Shown piece after piece: positions 54,351-63,158 of a stretch of 64,000 nt of DNA. The translations under genes and the position numbers were made by a program. This stretch comes from an uncultured bacterium. GTDB lineage: Bacteria > Sysuimicrobiota > Sysuimicrobiia > Sysuimicrobiales > Sysuimicrobiaceae. The notes beneath the pieces were generated by a model. The model did no database searches and had not been told where the DNA came from. It worked only from the letters and a program-made list of their open reading frames with translations. Position 1 is the first letter of the stretch, and each line of letters opens with the position of its first letter. The DNA is taken from contig CAYTFH010000014.1 in NCBI GenBank assembly GCA_964437095.1, forward strand, positions 1,428 to 65,427. The letters are read 5' to 3'.

Positions 54351-55514
54351 CTACGCCGGCCACACCGACCACGGCACGAGGGCGTACCCTTCCATCAGCC
54401 GCCTCGCGGTGCGGTAGGTGGTGACCTTCTCCGCCACCCACTGCCCGTCCCGCCAGGCCACGGAGGCGCCGACCTCCAGGACGCCCGCCGGGTGCCCGAT
54501 GCGGACCTGCCCCTCCCGTGCGGGTCTTGCCAGCGCCTCGTGCACCACGGTTCCCTCCACTTGCGCCGCCACCGCGGTGCACGCCGCTCCGCTCAGGGCG
54601 TACGCCCGGTGGAGCTTGCCCATGGACAGCATGCGCCCCACCAGGTCCACGGCGTCCGCGTCCACCACCGCCCCCCGCGTGGAACGGTAGGAGGCAGGCG
54701 GCGAGACGAAGGCCAGCTTGGGAATCCCCGGGCTGCGGCGGGTGGCGTCCTCGGGGCTCGCCGCGATCCCCATCCGCACGGCCGCGTGCGCCCGCACCAG
54801 CTCCAGCCGCCGCAGCAAGGCGGGGTCGCCGTCCACCTCCTCCGGCCCTTCCGTGCCCCGCAACCCGGCGTCCTGGGGCCGCACGAACACCACGGGGTTC
54901 ACCGCGTCCACCAAGGAGACCGTCACCGCGCCCACGCCGGGGAGCTCCAGGACCTCAGAAGCCCTGCCGGTGGGCAAAAGACGCCCCGTGACCGCTCCAC
55001 CCGGGTCCAGGAAGTCCAAGGCGATGCGGGCCCCGGTGCCCAGGACGCCGTCGATGGCGTAGTCGCCCTCCACCTCGGGGAGGTTGTGGCGGGTGGGCAC
55101 GTGGGCGTGGATGCGCTTGCGGGTGTTGGTCTGCCAGATGCGCACGGTGGTCACGGGGTCCGTGCCCCGCACCAGACCCTCCTCCATGGCGAAGGGGCCC
55201 ACCGCGGCGGTGAGGTTCCCACACGTGCCGCCGTAGTCGATGAGGGGTTCGGTCACGCTGACCTGGCCGAAGGTGTAGTCCACGTCCGCGTCCGGCACGG
55301 AAGGCGGACCCACGACCACCACCTTGCTGGTGGTGGACACCGCGCCGCCCAACCCGTCCACCTGCCGGCCGTACGGGTCCCCGCCCCCGAACACCTTGAG
55401 GATCACCCGGTCCCGCAGGTCGGGGTCCTCCGGCAGGTCCGGCCGCAGGAAGAACACCCCGCGGCTGGTGCCGCCGCGCATGAGCACCGCCCGAATCCTC
55501 CGCTGGTTGCCCAC
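54351..55514 (-). CDS. PrpF-family isomerase (2-methylaconitate isomerase / methylitaconate isomerase-like)
   Basis: The start is GTG 55514, with GGAGG 7 nt upstream. The motifs are RIRAVLMRGGTSRGVFF, SKVVVV, DYGGTCGNLTAAVGPFA and YRTARRLMEG. Confidence 0.85.
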   Translation of the reverse strand: MGNQRRIRAVLMRGGTSRGVFFLRPDLPEDPDLRDRVILKVFGGGDPYGRQVDGLGGAVSTTSKVVVVGPPSVPDADVDYTFGQVSVTEPLIDYGGTCGNLTAAVGPFAMEEGLVRGTDPVTTVRIWQTNTRKRIHAHVPTRHNLPEVEGDYAIDGVLGTGARIALDFLDPGGAVTGRLLPTGRASEVLELPGVGAVTVSLVDAVNPVVFVRPQDAGLRGTEGPEEVDGDPALLRRLELVRAHAAVRMGIAASPEDATRRSPGIPKLAFVSPPASYRSTRGAVVDADAVDLVGRMLSMGKLHRAYALSGAACTAVAAQVEGTVVHEALARPAREGQVRIGHPAGVLEVGASVAWRDGQWVAEKVTTYRTARRLMEGYALVPWSVWPA

Positions 55515-55605
55515 GGTCTCCCCTCCGCCCTGGAGAGCTTCCACGCCGTTCCCCTCGATCCTCCACAGGCAGGCTCGCAAGCACGCATACCACCGCGCCA
55601 TTCTC

Positions 55606-55634
55606 TTGTCAAGTTGTGGCCGTTTGTATACAAT
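55606..55634 (+). promoter_or_regulatory. sigma-A-type promoter (TTGTCA-17 nt-TACAAT) with perfect palindrome TTGTATACAA overlapping the -10 (GntR-type operator candidate)
   Basis: TTGTCA lies at 55606..55611 and TACAAT at 55629..55634. The palindrome TTGTATACAA lies at 55624..55633, just upstream of the GntR start (55642), in the divergent region shared with the prpF-tct operon. Confidence 0.45.
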
Positions 55635-55641
55635 AGGCCCG

Positions 55642-56367
55642 ATGTCACGCAGAGCAGCGCCCACGGCGGGCCGGAGGCCGGCCCCCACGTCCGTGGCGGT
55701 CTACGAGTGGCTGGTGGCGGCCATCCGCGGGGGGCGCCTGCGCCCCGGGGAGCCCCTGCGGGAGGAGGTGCTGGCCCGGCAGCTTCGCTGTAGCCGGACG
55801 CCCGTCCGGGAGGCGCTGCAGCGGCTGCGGGCGGAGGGGTACTTGGAACACGGCCGCCGCCGGGGCCTGGCCGTGGCCGCGCCCACTCAGGAAGAGCTGC
55901 TGGACCTGTGTGTGGTGCGGGAGACCCTGGAGGGCCTGGCGGCGCGTCTTGCGGCTCGCGGCATCACCACCAGCGAGGTGTACTTCCTCGAGGAGCTGTG
56001 CCGGGACATGGAGCGGGCGCTGCAGGCGGACCACCTGCAGGAGCTGGCGCGGCTCAACGCGGAGTTCCACGCGGTGATCTGGCGTGCGGCCCGCAACCGG
56101 TTCCTGGCCCGGGAGCTGCAGAGGATCTGGTTGCTCATCACCCGCCAGCCCGTGACCACCTTGAGCTACCCCGGGCGCGCCCGGGAGGCCCTGGACGAGC
56201 ACCGCGCGCTGCTGGAGGCCATCCAGCAAGGCGACGCTGACCGGGCGGAGCAACTGGCCCGCCAGCACATGGCCAGGGCCCAGATGATCCGCATGCGCAT
56301 CGCCGCCTCCCGCCCCGCACCCGTCCCCGGCCTTCCCGTCCCCGCCGTGGGCGCCACGGAGCCGTAG
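55642..56367 (+). CDS. GntR-family transcriptional regulator (FadR/FCD subfamily)
   Basis: ATG 55642. The winged HTH is VYEWLVAAIRGGRLRPGEPLREEVLARQLRCSRTPVREALQRLRAEGYL. The C-terminal helical FCD-like domain has the F H...I and H..L motifs. Confidence 0.88.
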   Translation: MSRRAAPTAGRRPAPTSVAVYEWLVAAIRGGRLRPGEPLREEVLARQLRCSRTPVREALQRLRAEGYLEHGRRRGLAVAAPTQEELLDLCVVRETLEGLAARLAARGITTSEVYFLEELCRDMERALQADHLQELARLNAEFHAVIWRAARNRFLARELQRIWLLITRQPVTTLSYPGRAREALDEHRALLEAIQQGDADRAEQLARQHMARAQMIRMRIAASRPAPVPGLPVPAVGATEP

Positions 56368-56369
56368 CG

Positions 56370-57413
56370 GTGGCCCGCTTCCCCGTGCCGGCGCTGCGCG
56401 GGTGGGTGACCCGCTTCTTCCAGGCCGCGGGGCTCGCGCCCGACGAGTCGGAGCTGGTGGCGGACGTGCTGGTGGCCGCGGACTGCGTCGGCGTCCACTC
56501 CCACGGCGTGATGCGACTGGCTGCGTACGCGGACCTCGTGCGGGCCGGCGTGTGGCGGTCCGGGGTGCGGCCACGGGTGGTGCGCGAGGGCCCTGGCTTC
56601 GTCCTCCTGGACGGAGAAGGGTGCGTGGGGCCGGTGGCCGCGGTGGACGCCATGGGCCGCTGCGTGGACAAAGCCCGCCACGCCGGGCTGGCCGGCGCGT
56701 GGGTCCGCGCCGCGGGCCACTTCGGCCGCGCGGGGTACTACGCGGAGCTGGCCGCGCAGCGAGGCCTCATCGGCGTGGCGATGGCCAACGCGGCCCCGAG
56801 CCTCGCGCCCTGGGGCGGCCGGGAACGGGTCCTCGGCAACAATCCCGTGGCCGTGGCCGTCCCCCGCAGGCACGACCCACCCGTGGTGCTGGACATGGCT
56901 CTGTCGGTGGGGGCCCAGGGCTGGGTGCGCCTCGCCGCGGAACGGGGCGAACGGTTGCCACCCGGTTGGGCCCTCGACCCCGAGGGCAACCCCACGGACG
57001 ACCCCAACCAGGCCCTGGCCGGTAGCCTCCTCCCCGTAGGCGGGTACAAAGGATACGGCCTGGCCTTGATGGTGGAAATCCTGGTGGCCGTGCTGAGCGG
57101 CGGGGCCTTCGGCAAGGGCGTTTCGCCGCGACGGGGGAGCCGGTTCGCAGCCAGCCACGCTTTCTTCGCCGTGGACGTCGGCCAGTTCCGCGACCCGGAC
57201 GCCTTCCTGGACGACGTGGAGCACCTGGTCCGCATGGTCAAGGGCACCGCCCTAGCCCCGGGCTTCCGGGAGGTGCTGGTGCCCGGGGAACCGGAAGCCC
57301 GGCGAAGGGCCGCGCAGCGGGACTCCGTGGAACTGCCCCAGGAGGTGCTCACCCAGGTCCGGCGGGCCGCGGCAGAATTGGGCTTTTCCGAGCCCCTCGA
57401 GGAGCTTCCGTGA
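56370..57413 (+). CDS. Ldh2-family (malate/L-lactate/sulfolactate dehydrogenase-type) oxidoreductase
   Basis: The 347-aa product has GVHSHGVMRL..Y, GHFGRAGYY, LGNNP.AVAVP and GGYKGYGLALMVEIL. Confidence 0.85.
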   Translation: MARFPVPALRGWVTRFFQAAGLAPDESELVADVLVAADCVGVHSHGVMRLAAYADLVRAGVWRSGVRPRVVREGPGFVLLDGEGCVGPVAAVDAMGRCVDKARHAGLAGAWVRAAGHFGRAGYYAELAAQRGLIGVAMANAAPSLAPWGGRERVLGNNPVAVAVPRRHDPPVVLDMALSVGAQGWVRLAAERGERLPPGWALDPEGNPTDDPNQALAGSLLPVGGYKGYGLALMVEILVAVLSGGAFGKGVSPRRGSRFAASHAFFAVDVGQFRDPDAFLDDVEHLVRMVKGTALAPGFREVLVPGEPEARRRAAQRDSVELPQEVLTQVRRAAAELGFSEPLEELP

Positions 57414-58555
57414 CGGAGGTTCGGGTGCCCGCGTACCGCATCGGCGTGCTGGAGGGGGACGGGATCGGTCCGGAGGTGGTGCCCGCGGCTGTGGAGGTAG
57501 CGGAGGCGGCGGCGCACGAGGCGGGACTTCGGGTGGAGTGGGTGGAGCTGCCCGCGGGCCTGGCGGCGTACGAGCGGTTCGGGTCCACGCTGCCCCAGGC
57601 CACGGTGGACGCCCTGGAAGCCTGCCACGGCTGGCTCCTGGGCCCGGTGGAGCACCACCGGTACCAGGTGCACCGGCCGGAGATGCCCAACCCCAGTGCC
57701 GTGCTCCGCAAGCGGTTCGACCTGTACGCCAACGAGCGCCCTGCGTGCAGCTTGCCGGGCGTGCCCAGCCGTTACCCGCAGGTCGACCTGGTGGTGGTCC
57801 GCGAGAACACCGAGGGCTTCTACGCGGATCGCAACGTCCTGGAGGGCGACGCGGAACTGAAGCTCACCCCGGACGTGGTGGTCAGCTTGCGGTTGGTGAC
57901 CCGCCGGGCCTGCCTGAGGATCGCGGACTACGCGTTCCAGCTGGCCCGCCGCAGGGCCGCGGTTCGGGAGCGCCCCGGCCGCGTCACCGCGGTGCACAAG
58001 GCCAACGTGCTCCGCCGCGGCGACGGCCTGTTCCTGGAGTGCTGCCGGGAGGTGGCCGGCGGCTACCCCGACGTGGCGCTGGACGACGTGCACGTGGACG
58101 CGGCCGCGTACTTCCTGGTCCGGGACCCGGGTCGCTACGACGTCCTGGTAACCACCAACCTGTTCGGGGACGTCCTCAGCGACCTGGCCGCCGGGCTCGT
58201 GGGCAGCCTGGGGGTCGCCCCGTCCCTGAACGCCGGCGACCACCACGCCATGGCCCAGGCGGTGCACGGCTCCGCCCCGGACATCGCAGGTCGCGGGGTG
58301 GCCAACCCCACCGCGGAGATCCTGTCCGTGGCCATGCTGTTCGAGTGGCTGGGCCGACGCTACGGGGACTCCGCCGCGACCCACGCGGCCTCCCTGCTGG
58401 AGCGCGCGGTGCGGCTCGCCCTCGCCCGCGGCGTCCGAACCCCCGACCTGGGGGGCACGGCCGGCACCGCGGAGTTCGCCCGAGCGGTGCGGGAAGCCCT
58501 GCAGCAGGCTACAATGGACTCCACGAAGGGAGGGCACCGTGGCGGGCCGGACTGA
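57410..58555 (+). CDS. isocitrate/isopropylmalate dehydrogenase-family enzyme (tartrate/D-malate/3-IPM dehydrogenase-like)
   Basis: GTG 57410 forms a GTGA overlap with the previous stop. The motifs are [53 protein letters not shown] and [13 protein letters not shown]. Confidence 0.85.
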   Translation: MTEVRVPAYRIGVLEGDGIGPEVVPAAVEVAEAAAHEAGLRVEWVELPAGLAAYERFGSTLPQATVDALEACHGWLLGPVEHHRYQVHRPEMPNPSAVLRKRFDLYANERPACSLPGVPSRYPQVDLVVVRENTEGFYADRNVLEGDAELKLTPDVVVSLRLVTRRACLRIADYAFQLARRRAAVRERPGRVTAVHKANVLRRGDGLFLECCREVAGGYPDVALDDVHVDAAAYFLVRDPGRYDVLVTTNLFGDVLSDLAAGLVGSLGVAPSLNAGDHHAMAQAVHGSAPDIAGRGVANPTAEILSVAMLFEWLGRRYGDSAATHAASLLERAVRLALARGVRTPDLGGTAGTAEFARAVREALQQATMDSTKGGHRGGPD

Positions 58556-59099
58556 GCTGGCCACCCTGGCGGGCGGCTGCTTCTGGTGCACCGAGGCCGC
58601 CTTCGACGAGCTGGAGGGCGTGCTGGACGTGGTGCCGGGTTACGCGGGCGGCCACGTGCCCAACCCCACGTACGAGCACGTGTGCACCGGGACCACGGGC
58701 CACGCGGAGACCGTGCAGATCACCTTCGACCCCGACCGCGTCTCGTACCGCGAGCTGCTGGAAGTCTTCTTCTCCGTGCACGACCCCACCACCCTCAACC
58801 GCCAGGGGCCGGACGTGGGTCACCAGTACCGCTCCGCCATCTTCACCCACAGCCCGGAACAGGAGCGGGTGGCCCGGGAGGTCATCGCAGAACTGGAACG
58901 CCAGCGCGTGTGGCCCGACCCCATCGTCACGGAGGTGGTGCCCTTCACCAACTTCTACCCCGCGGAGGAGTACCACCGGGACTACTACCGCCGTCACCCC
59001 GACCAGGCGTACTGCGCCGCGGTGATCGCGCCGAAGCTGGAGAAGTTCCGCCGGCGGTACCGGGACCGACTCAAGCGCACCGTCCCGGAACTCCCCTAG
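58539..59099 (+). CDS. msrA: peptide-methionine (S)-S-oxide reductase
   Basis: The 186-aa product has [20 protein letters not shown]...NPTYE.VC.G.TGHAE.VQI.FDP, QG.D.G.QYRS.IF and EYHRDYY. Confidence 0.92.
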   Translation: MAGRTELATLAGGCFWCTEAAFDELEGVLDVVPGYAGGHVPNPTYEHVCTGTTGHAETVQITFDPDRVSYRELLEVFFSVHDPTTLNRQGPDVGHQYRSAIFTHSPEQERVAREVIAELERQRVWPDPIVTEVVPFTNFYPAEEYHRDYYRRHPDQAYCAAVIAPKLEKFRRRYRDRLKRTVPELP

Positions 59100-59142
59100 G
59101 CGGTTCCGGCCTTGATGGCACCCGCCCTCGCCCGGGCCCGGC

Positions 59143-59901
59143 TCAACGCCGGACCGCCACGAACACCGCCTTGGGCAAGCAGAACCGCAGGGGCTGCGTC
59201 CGCACCGCGAAGAGCTCCCGGAGCCGCTCGGGCGCTCGTGTGAGCATCGTCACCAGCACCGCCCGCAGCTCGGGCGGCGTGGCAGAGCGCTCCACCCACG
59301 ACCCGAACTCGATGTCCACCGGCATCTCCTCATAGCCTTCCAGGGAGAGCCCGGCCGCTTCGAACGCCTCCTCCCACTCCGCCACGCTCCAGTCCCGGAC
59401 GTGGGTCCGGTCCCGCACCGTCTCCACCGCGTTGACGAACCGGTCCGCCACCTCGTCCGCGGGCGACACCGTGTCCGAGACCACCAGCCGGCCTCCGCGG
59501 CGCAGGACCCGGCCCATCTCCCGCACCGGGGTCACCAGCTCGGGGTAGTGGTGGGCCGCGGTCCGGCAGGTCACCACGTCGAAGGTGGCGTCTCCGAACG
59601 GCAGCGCACGCACGTCGGCCTCCTGGAACTCCACGTTGCGCACACCGCGCTCCGCCGCGAGCCTCCGGGCCACCGCCAGCATCTCCGGCGTCAGGTCCGT
59701 GGCCACCACCCGGGCCACGTACGGCGCCAAAGCCAGGGCCGTGTGGCCAGCCCCCGTGGACACGTCCAGGACCACGTCCGTGGGCTGTGGACGGGCGAAC
59801 CGCACCACCACGTCCAGGTCGCGGCCTCGGGCGTGGACGGCGCTGGTGGCGTACAGCTCCGCGCTGCGGGCGAATTGGGCGCGTACGTCACGGTCCTTCA
59901 A
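59143..59901 (-). CDS. class I SAM-dependent methyltransferase
   Basis: The 252-aa product has a TTG start. Motif I is VLDVSTGAGHTALAL, followed by FDVVTCRTAAHH and LRRGGRLVVSD. Confidence 0.85.
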   Translation of the reverse strand: MKDRDVRAQFARSAELYATSAVHARGRDLDVVVRFARPQPTDVVLDVSTGAGHTALALAPYVARVVATDLTPEMLAVARRLAAERGVRNVEFQEADVRALPFGDATFDVVTCRTAAHHYPELVTPVREMGRVLRRGGRLVVSDTVSPADEVADRFVNAVETVRDRTHVRDWSVAEWEEAFEAAGLSLEGYEEMPVDIEFGSWVERSATPPELRAVLVTMLTRAPERLRELFAVRTQPLRFCLPKAVFVAVRR

Positions 59902-59938
59902 CGTGCACCTCCCACCCGTGCCGCACTCGGCCTCGGGG

Positions 59939-60565
59939 CTACCCCTGCGGGTTGCCCATCTCCAACTCCCCGAGGTGGATCAGGCTCTCCAGGTCCTCCA
60001 GGGCGTCGGGTAGCCACCGACGGAACACCTGCCGGGCCGCCTCTCGGTCTTCCTCGGAGGCCGCACCCAGCATCCGAGCCGCGTCCGCCAGGTCCTGCGT
60101 GCGGCCCGCCTGGACCTTCATGAGCACCAGGTACGGCAACGCCAGGGCCGGGAGCCCCTGGGGGTCATGCCGCACGTGGGACAGAGCCTCCCGCGTCCAC
60201 GGAGCGTCCGACGCAATGACGTCCACCGGCACCCCGTCCGGGCTCATATAACTTCGGCCTCCGATGGCCAGCGGCGGCCCTGCGGTGAAGCCTCCTCCCA
60301 CCAGCCGCCGGTGCACCTCCGCCAACTCCTCCGCCGGCACGAGGACGTCCAGGTCCGCGGTGGCCCGTTCCGGCATGTAGGCGCGGCTCCCCACCGCGCC
60401 CACCACCGCCCAGGGAATCCCTCCGAGGATTTGGGTCAGGTCCGGCCACCGCCTCAGCGCGGTCCTCCGCAACAGCAGGTCACGCGGACTGCCCGAACCC
60501 GGCTTCGCCCGGCGCCGGGCCACCTCCAGGAACTTCCGCCGCCGCTGCTGAGCTGAGATGGGCAT
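59939..60565 (-). CDS. nucleotidyltransferase-fold protein of unknown function
   Basis: In the 208-aa product, the GAVGSRAYMPERATADLDVLV pattern (GS...D.D) suggests a minimal polymerase-beta-type NTase. The rest was not recognised. Confidence 0.55.
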   Translation of the reverse strand: MPISAQQRRRKFLEVARRRAKPGSGSPRDLLLRRTALRRWPDLTQILGGIPWAVVGAVGSRAYMPERATADLDVLVPAEELAEVHRRLVGGGFTAGPPLAIGGRSYMSPDGVPVDVIASDAPWTREALSHVRHDPQGLPALALPYLVLMKVQAGRTQDLADAARMLGAASEEDREAARQVFRRWLPDALEDLESLIHLGELEMGNPQG

Positions 60566-60611
60566 GCTTGTGCCCTTCGACCTCCGGGCTGCGTCACCTG
60601 CTGGAGGACCC

Positions 60612-61742
60612 TCACGGGAGGGCGGGCGGTCTGGGCAGCGACGGAGGCCGCACAGGTGGCGCGAAGGGACCTCCTGAGGTCAGGTCCACGCGCGCGTCCA
60701 CCCGGTCCGGCCCGGCACCCACGGGGATGGCGAGTGCTGCGGGCCACACGGGACCCCGCTTCTCGAACACCAGGACCCCTTCCACCCGTCCTCGCGCGGG
60801 TACCTCCGCGGGCAGCGTGGACCGCAGGAAACGTACGGCCAGCTCGCCGTCCGGGCCGTGCAGCGCCGCCTCCATGACGCCCAGGCCCACCGCGCGGCTG
60901 CCCGCGTTCTCCGCACTCAAAAACAGGACCCAGGAGTCCCGCAGCTCCTCCAGCCTCACGGGCCGCAGCACCACGGGGCCGACCTGGTGGGCCACGCGGA
61001 AGTGCCGGACCCGCAGGGGCAGGTTCCGGGTGGGGAACTCCTCGTACGCCCGCTGTACGGCCCGTACCCGATCCGCGAACCCCGGGTGGGTGCCGGCCCA
61101 GTGGGTATTCTCCTGCCGCCGGCCTGTGACCTCGTTGAACCAGCTGAGCGTGCGGACCGCGGCCTGAGGCTCAAACCCCGCCTGGACCAGCATCCGCAGG
61201 GCTTCCCGGTCCGCCTCCACCTCCAGCTCCCGGGAAAAGCCCAGGGTGGAGATCTGGAGCAGGACCTGCACCAGATCGCCCGCGGCGCGGCTGCCCGTGA
61301 GGATGGCCACCAGCACGCTGGCGATCTGCCCGACCTGGTACCGGGCCACGTGCTGCGCCACGTGGCGGCGCGCGGTGTGAGCCATCTCGTGCGCCACCAC
61401 GAAGGCCCAGGCGTCCCGGTCCAGGTTGAGGTGCACGAGCCCCGTGGTGACGAAGATCCAGCCCGGGGTGCTCACCGCGTTGGGTTCCTGGTGCTCGAGG
61501 ATGGCGAACCGGTACGGTACGTTCGACCGCCCTGAAAAGGGCACGAGCCGGTCGCGCAGGTCTTCCAGGAACGCCAGCCACTCCGCGTCCACCACCACGC
61601 CGTACTGGGCCATCAGCCGCGCGGCCACCGCCCGGCCCACGGCCAGCTCCTGGTCCTCGGGGATGGCGGCCTGGGCACCCGCCGGACCGGCCAGCAGCGC
61701 CAGGGCCAGCGCCACCGCCACCCCGCGCACTGCGCTGTACAC
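60612..61742 (-). CDS. M48-family zinc metallopeptidase with uncharacterised ~170-aa C-terminal domain
   Basis: Taken from ORF 60612..61964. It has AFVVAHEMAHTARRH (HExxH), a later E...D, and the signal-like VAVALALALLAGPAGAQA. The start is approximate (GTG 61742 or 61730). Confidence 0.8.
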   Translation of the reverse strand: MYSAVRGVAVALALALLAGPAGAQAAIPEDQELAVGRAVAARLMAQYGVVVDAEWLAFLEDLRDRLVPFSGRSNVPYRFAILEHQEPNAVSTPGWIFVTTGLVHLNLDRDAWAFVVAHEMAHTARRHVAQHVARYQVGQIASVLVAILTGSRAAGDLVQVLLQISTLGFSRELEVEADREALRMLVQAGFEPQAAVRTLSWFNEVTGRRQENTHWAGTHPGFADRVRAVQRAYEEFPTRNLPLRVRHFRVAHQVGPVVLRPVRLEELRDSWVLFLSAENAGSRAVGLGVMEAALHGPDGELAVRFLRSTLPAEVPARGRVEGVLVFEKRGPVWPAALAIPVGAGPDRVDARVDLTSGGPFAPPVRPPSLPRPPALP

Positions 61743-61996
61743 CCGGAACTGGTCCGTCCGACTCACGAAACCCGACCCCCTTCGAGAGTCCCCGGTGCCT
61801 CCGCGACCTCTCCTGCCATAATCCTCCGACGTTCGAGCCGGAACGCCAAGCGCTTCCTGGGAGCACATCCCCGGAAGGCTACCCCGACGCGGTGCGCCGG
61901 GGCCTTGAGAACCGCGCCGGCGGGTGGGATCCTCTGGACCACCCGGCCTCGCAGCCCTGGACACCCCGGAGGGATCCTACGGGTCCGTGGGTGGAC

Positions 61997-62320
61997 CTAG
62001 GTCGGCCGCGCGGACGTCCAGAGGGAAGGCAAGTGTGCGACCCGCTGCCAGCCTTCCCCTTCCCGCACCCGTTCTACCCGGAGGTCGTGGAAGTACGAGT
62101 CCAGCACCGCGGCCCGCTCCATGGCCAGGGGCGGGGAGCAGTAGTCCTCCTCCTCCCACACGGCCTCGCCCGTGCTCGGGTCCAGGCGGGCGTTTCGCAG
62201 TGCGCGGGTGAGGGCGTCCCCGAAAGGCCGCAGGGGCCGGAACTCGTCCCTCCGCAACCGTGCCAGCAGTTCTTCCGCGACCTCCGGCTTCAGGCGCCCG
62301 CGGACCAGGTAGTACGCCAT
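61997..62320 (-). CDS. hypothetical protein (107 aa)
   Basis: ATG 62320 has a strong RBS (GAGGAGG 7 nt upstream). The product starts MAYYLVRGRLKPEVAEELLARLRRDEF.... I recognised no family. Confidence 0.6.
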   Translation of the reverse strand: MAYYLVRGRLKPEVAEELLARLRRDEFRPLRPFGDALTRALRNARLDPSTGEAVWEEEDYCSPPLAMERAAVLDSYFHDLRVERVREGEGWQRVAHLPSLWTSARPT

Positions 62321-62510
62321 GGTTCCACCTCCTCTTTGTTCCCGCAACCCGGCCGACCCGTGGAGTGCCCGCAGCAACGCCTCCACGGACTCCCCCAGAG
62401 CCGGGCCCCTGGGGCCACCTCGCGGCCTGCACCACCGACAGTATGAGCCACCTAAGGTCTCCGCAGCCAACAAAGCGCGTCCGAGTCGGCCCCGGATCCT
62501 CCCGCTAAAC

Positions 62511-62776
62511 TGTCAACCCTAGCTCAAAATTGACCCGCAGCGCCAACTTGCATTTGCCCCACCTGGGTCCTAACGTAGGGGATCGGTGTGCTTGCCCGCG
62601 GTCCCCTCCTCTGGGGCAGGCGAGATCCGAACAGGCCGCGGGCTTTTTCTCCCTCACGCGGTCGCTCTCGCCCGCATGCTGATGACGAGGCCGTGGTGTA
62701 GCAGTCGGTCCACGGTGGCGGTGGCGATGATGCCATCACCGCGCACGCCCCACACGCGGTGGCCTTCCGGGTTCCC
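62511..62776 (-). mobile_element. IS21-family remnant: 3' fragment of istB plus lower-GC putative terminal sequence
   Basis: The tail of ORF 62654..63037 reads ...WGVRGDGIIATATVDRLLHHGLVISMRA, matching the conserved IstB C-terminus (W..FGD...A.A..DRL.HH). The lower-GC stretch downstream on that strand, starting TGTCAACCCTAGCTCAAAATTGACC at 62511, is compatible with an IS end. No intact transposase is present. Confidence 0.4.
62594..62650 (+). terminator. orphan terminator-like structure (GCCCGCGG ... CCGCGGGC + TTTTT)
   Basis: The 8-bp stem arms lie at 62594..62601 and 62636..62643, enclosing a 34-nt insert with an inner CCCC/GGGG hairpin. TTTTT follows at 62644..62648. No plus-strand gene ends here. 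Confidence 0.3.
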
Positions 62777-62805
62777 CAACCTCCGCGGACGACCTCCGGG
62801 CCCTC

Positions 62806-62950
62806 GTGCGGCCATGGACCGGGCCGAGCTGTCCGCTGTCCACCAGGGCCAGGCGCATCGCGGCCGTCCGCCGCCTCTACCGGTGGTCCAAAGACCAGCC
62901 GGGCACCCGTGCCATCTTCGCAGATCCTCCTGGTCCCTTCCTCCTGAAGA
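62806..62950 (+). pseudogene. fragment resembling the N-terminal (SAM-like) domain of a tyrosine recombinase/integrase
   Basis: ORF 62806..63039 contains LSTRARRIAAVRRLYRWS, which resembles the ARRL.ALR.FYR.L helix of XerC/D-type integrases. No catalytic domain follows. Confidence 0.3.
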
Positions 62951-63036
62951 CCCTCTCAGAGAGGGCCGGGATCTATTCCCCTGGAGGCGCCCGCCGCAAA
63001 GATCATCCGCGAGATCCACCAGGAAGAGCAAGCCCA

Positions 63037-63115
63037 TGAGAGGACGCTCGAGGGCCTACGTCCTTGACGCCTACGCAGCGCTCGCCTGGCTGGTGAACGA
63101 CGAGGAAAAGGAAAA
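63037..63115 (+). pseudogene. truncated PIN-domain (VapC-like) toxin N-terminus
   Basis: ATG 63037 gives MRGRSRAYVLDAYAALAWLVNDEEKEK, the typical first strand and Asp of VapC toxins. The reading then runs into the 3' end of the convergent methyltransferase gene. The ATG overlaps an upstream stop as ATGA. Confidence 0.35.
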
Positions 63116-63158
63116 GTGCGTGCCACCTCCAGGACCACGCGTGAAGGTTCTGGCTCTT

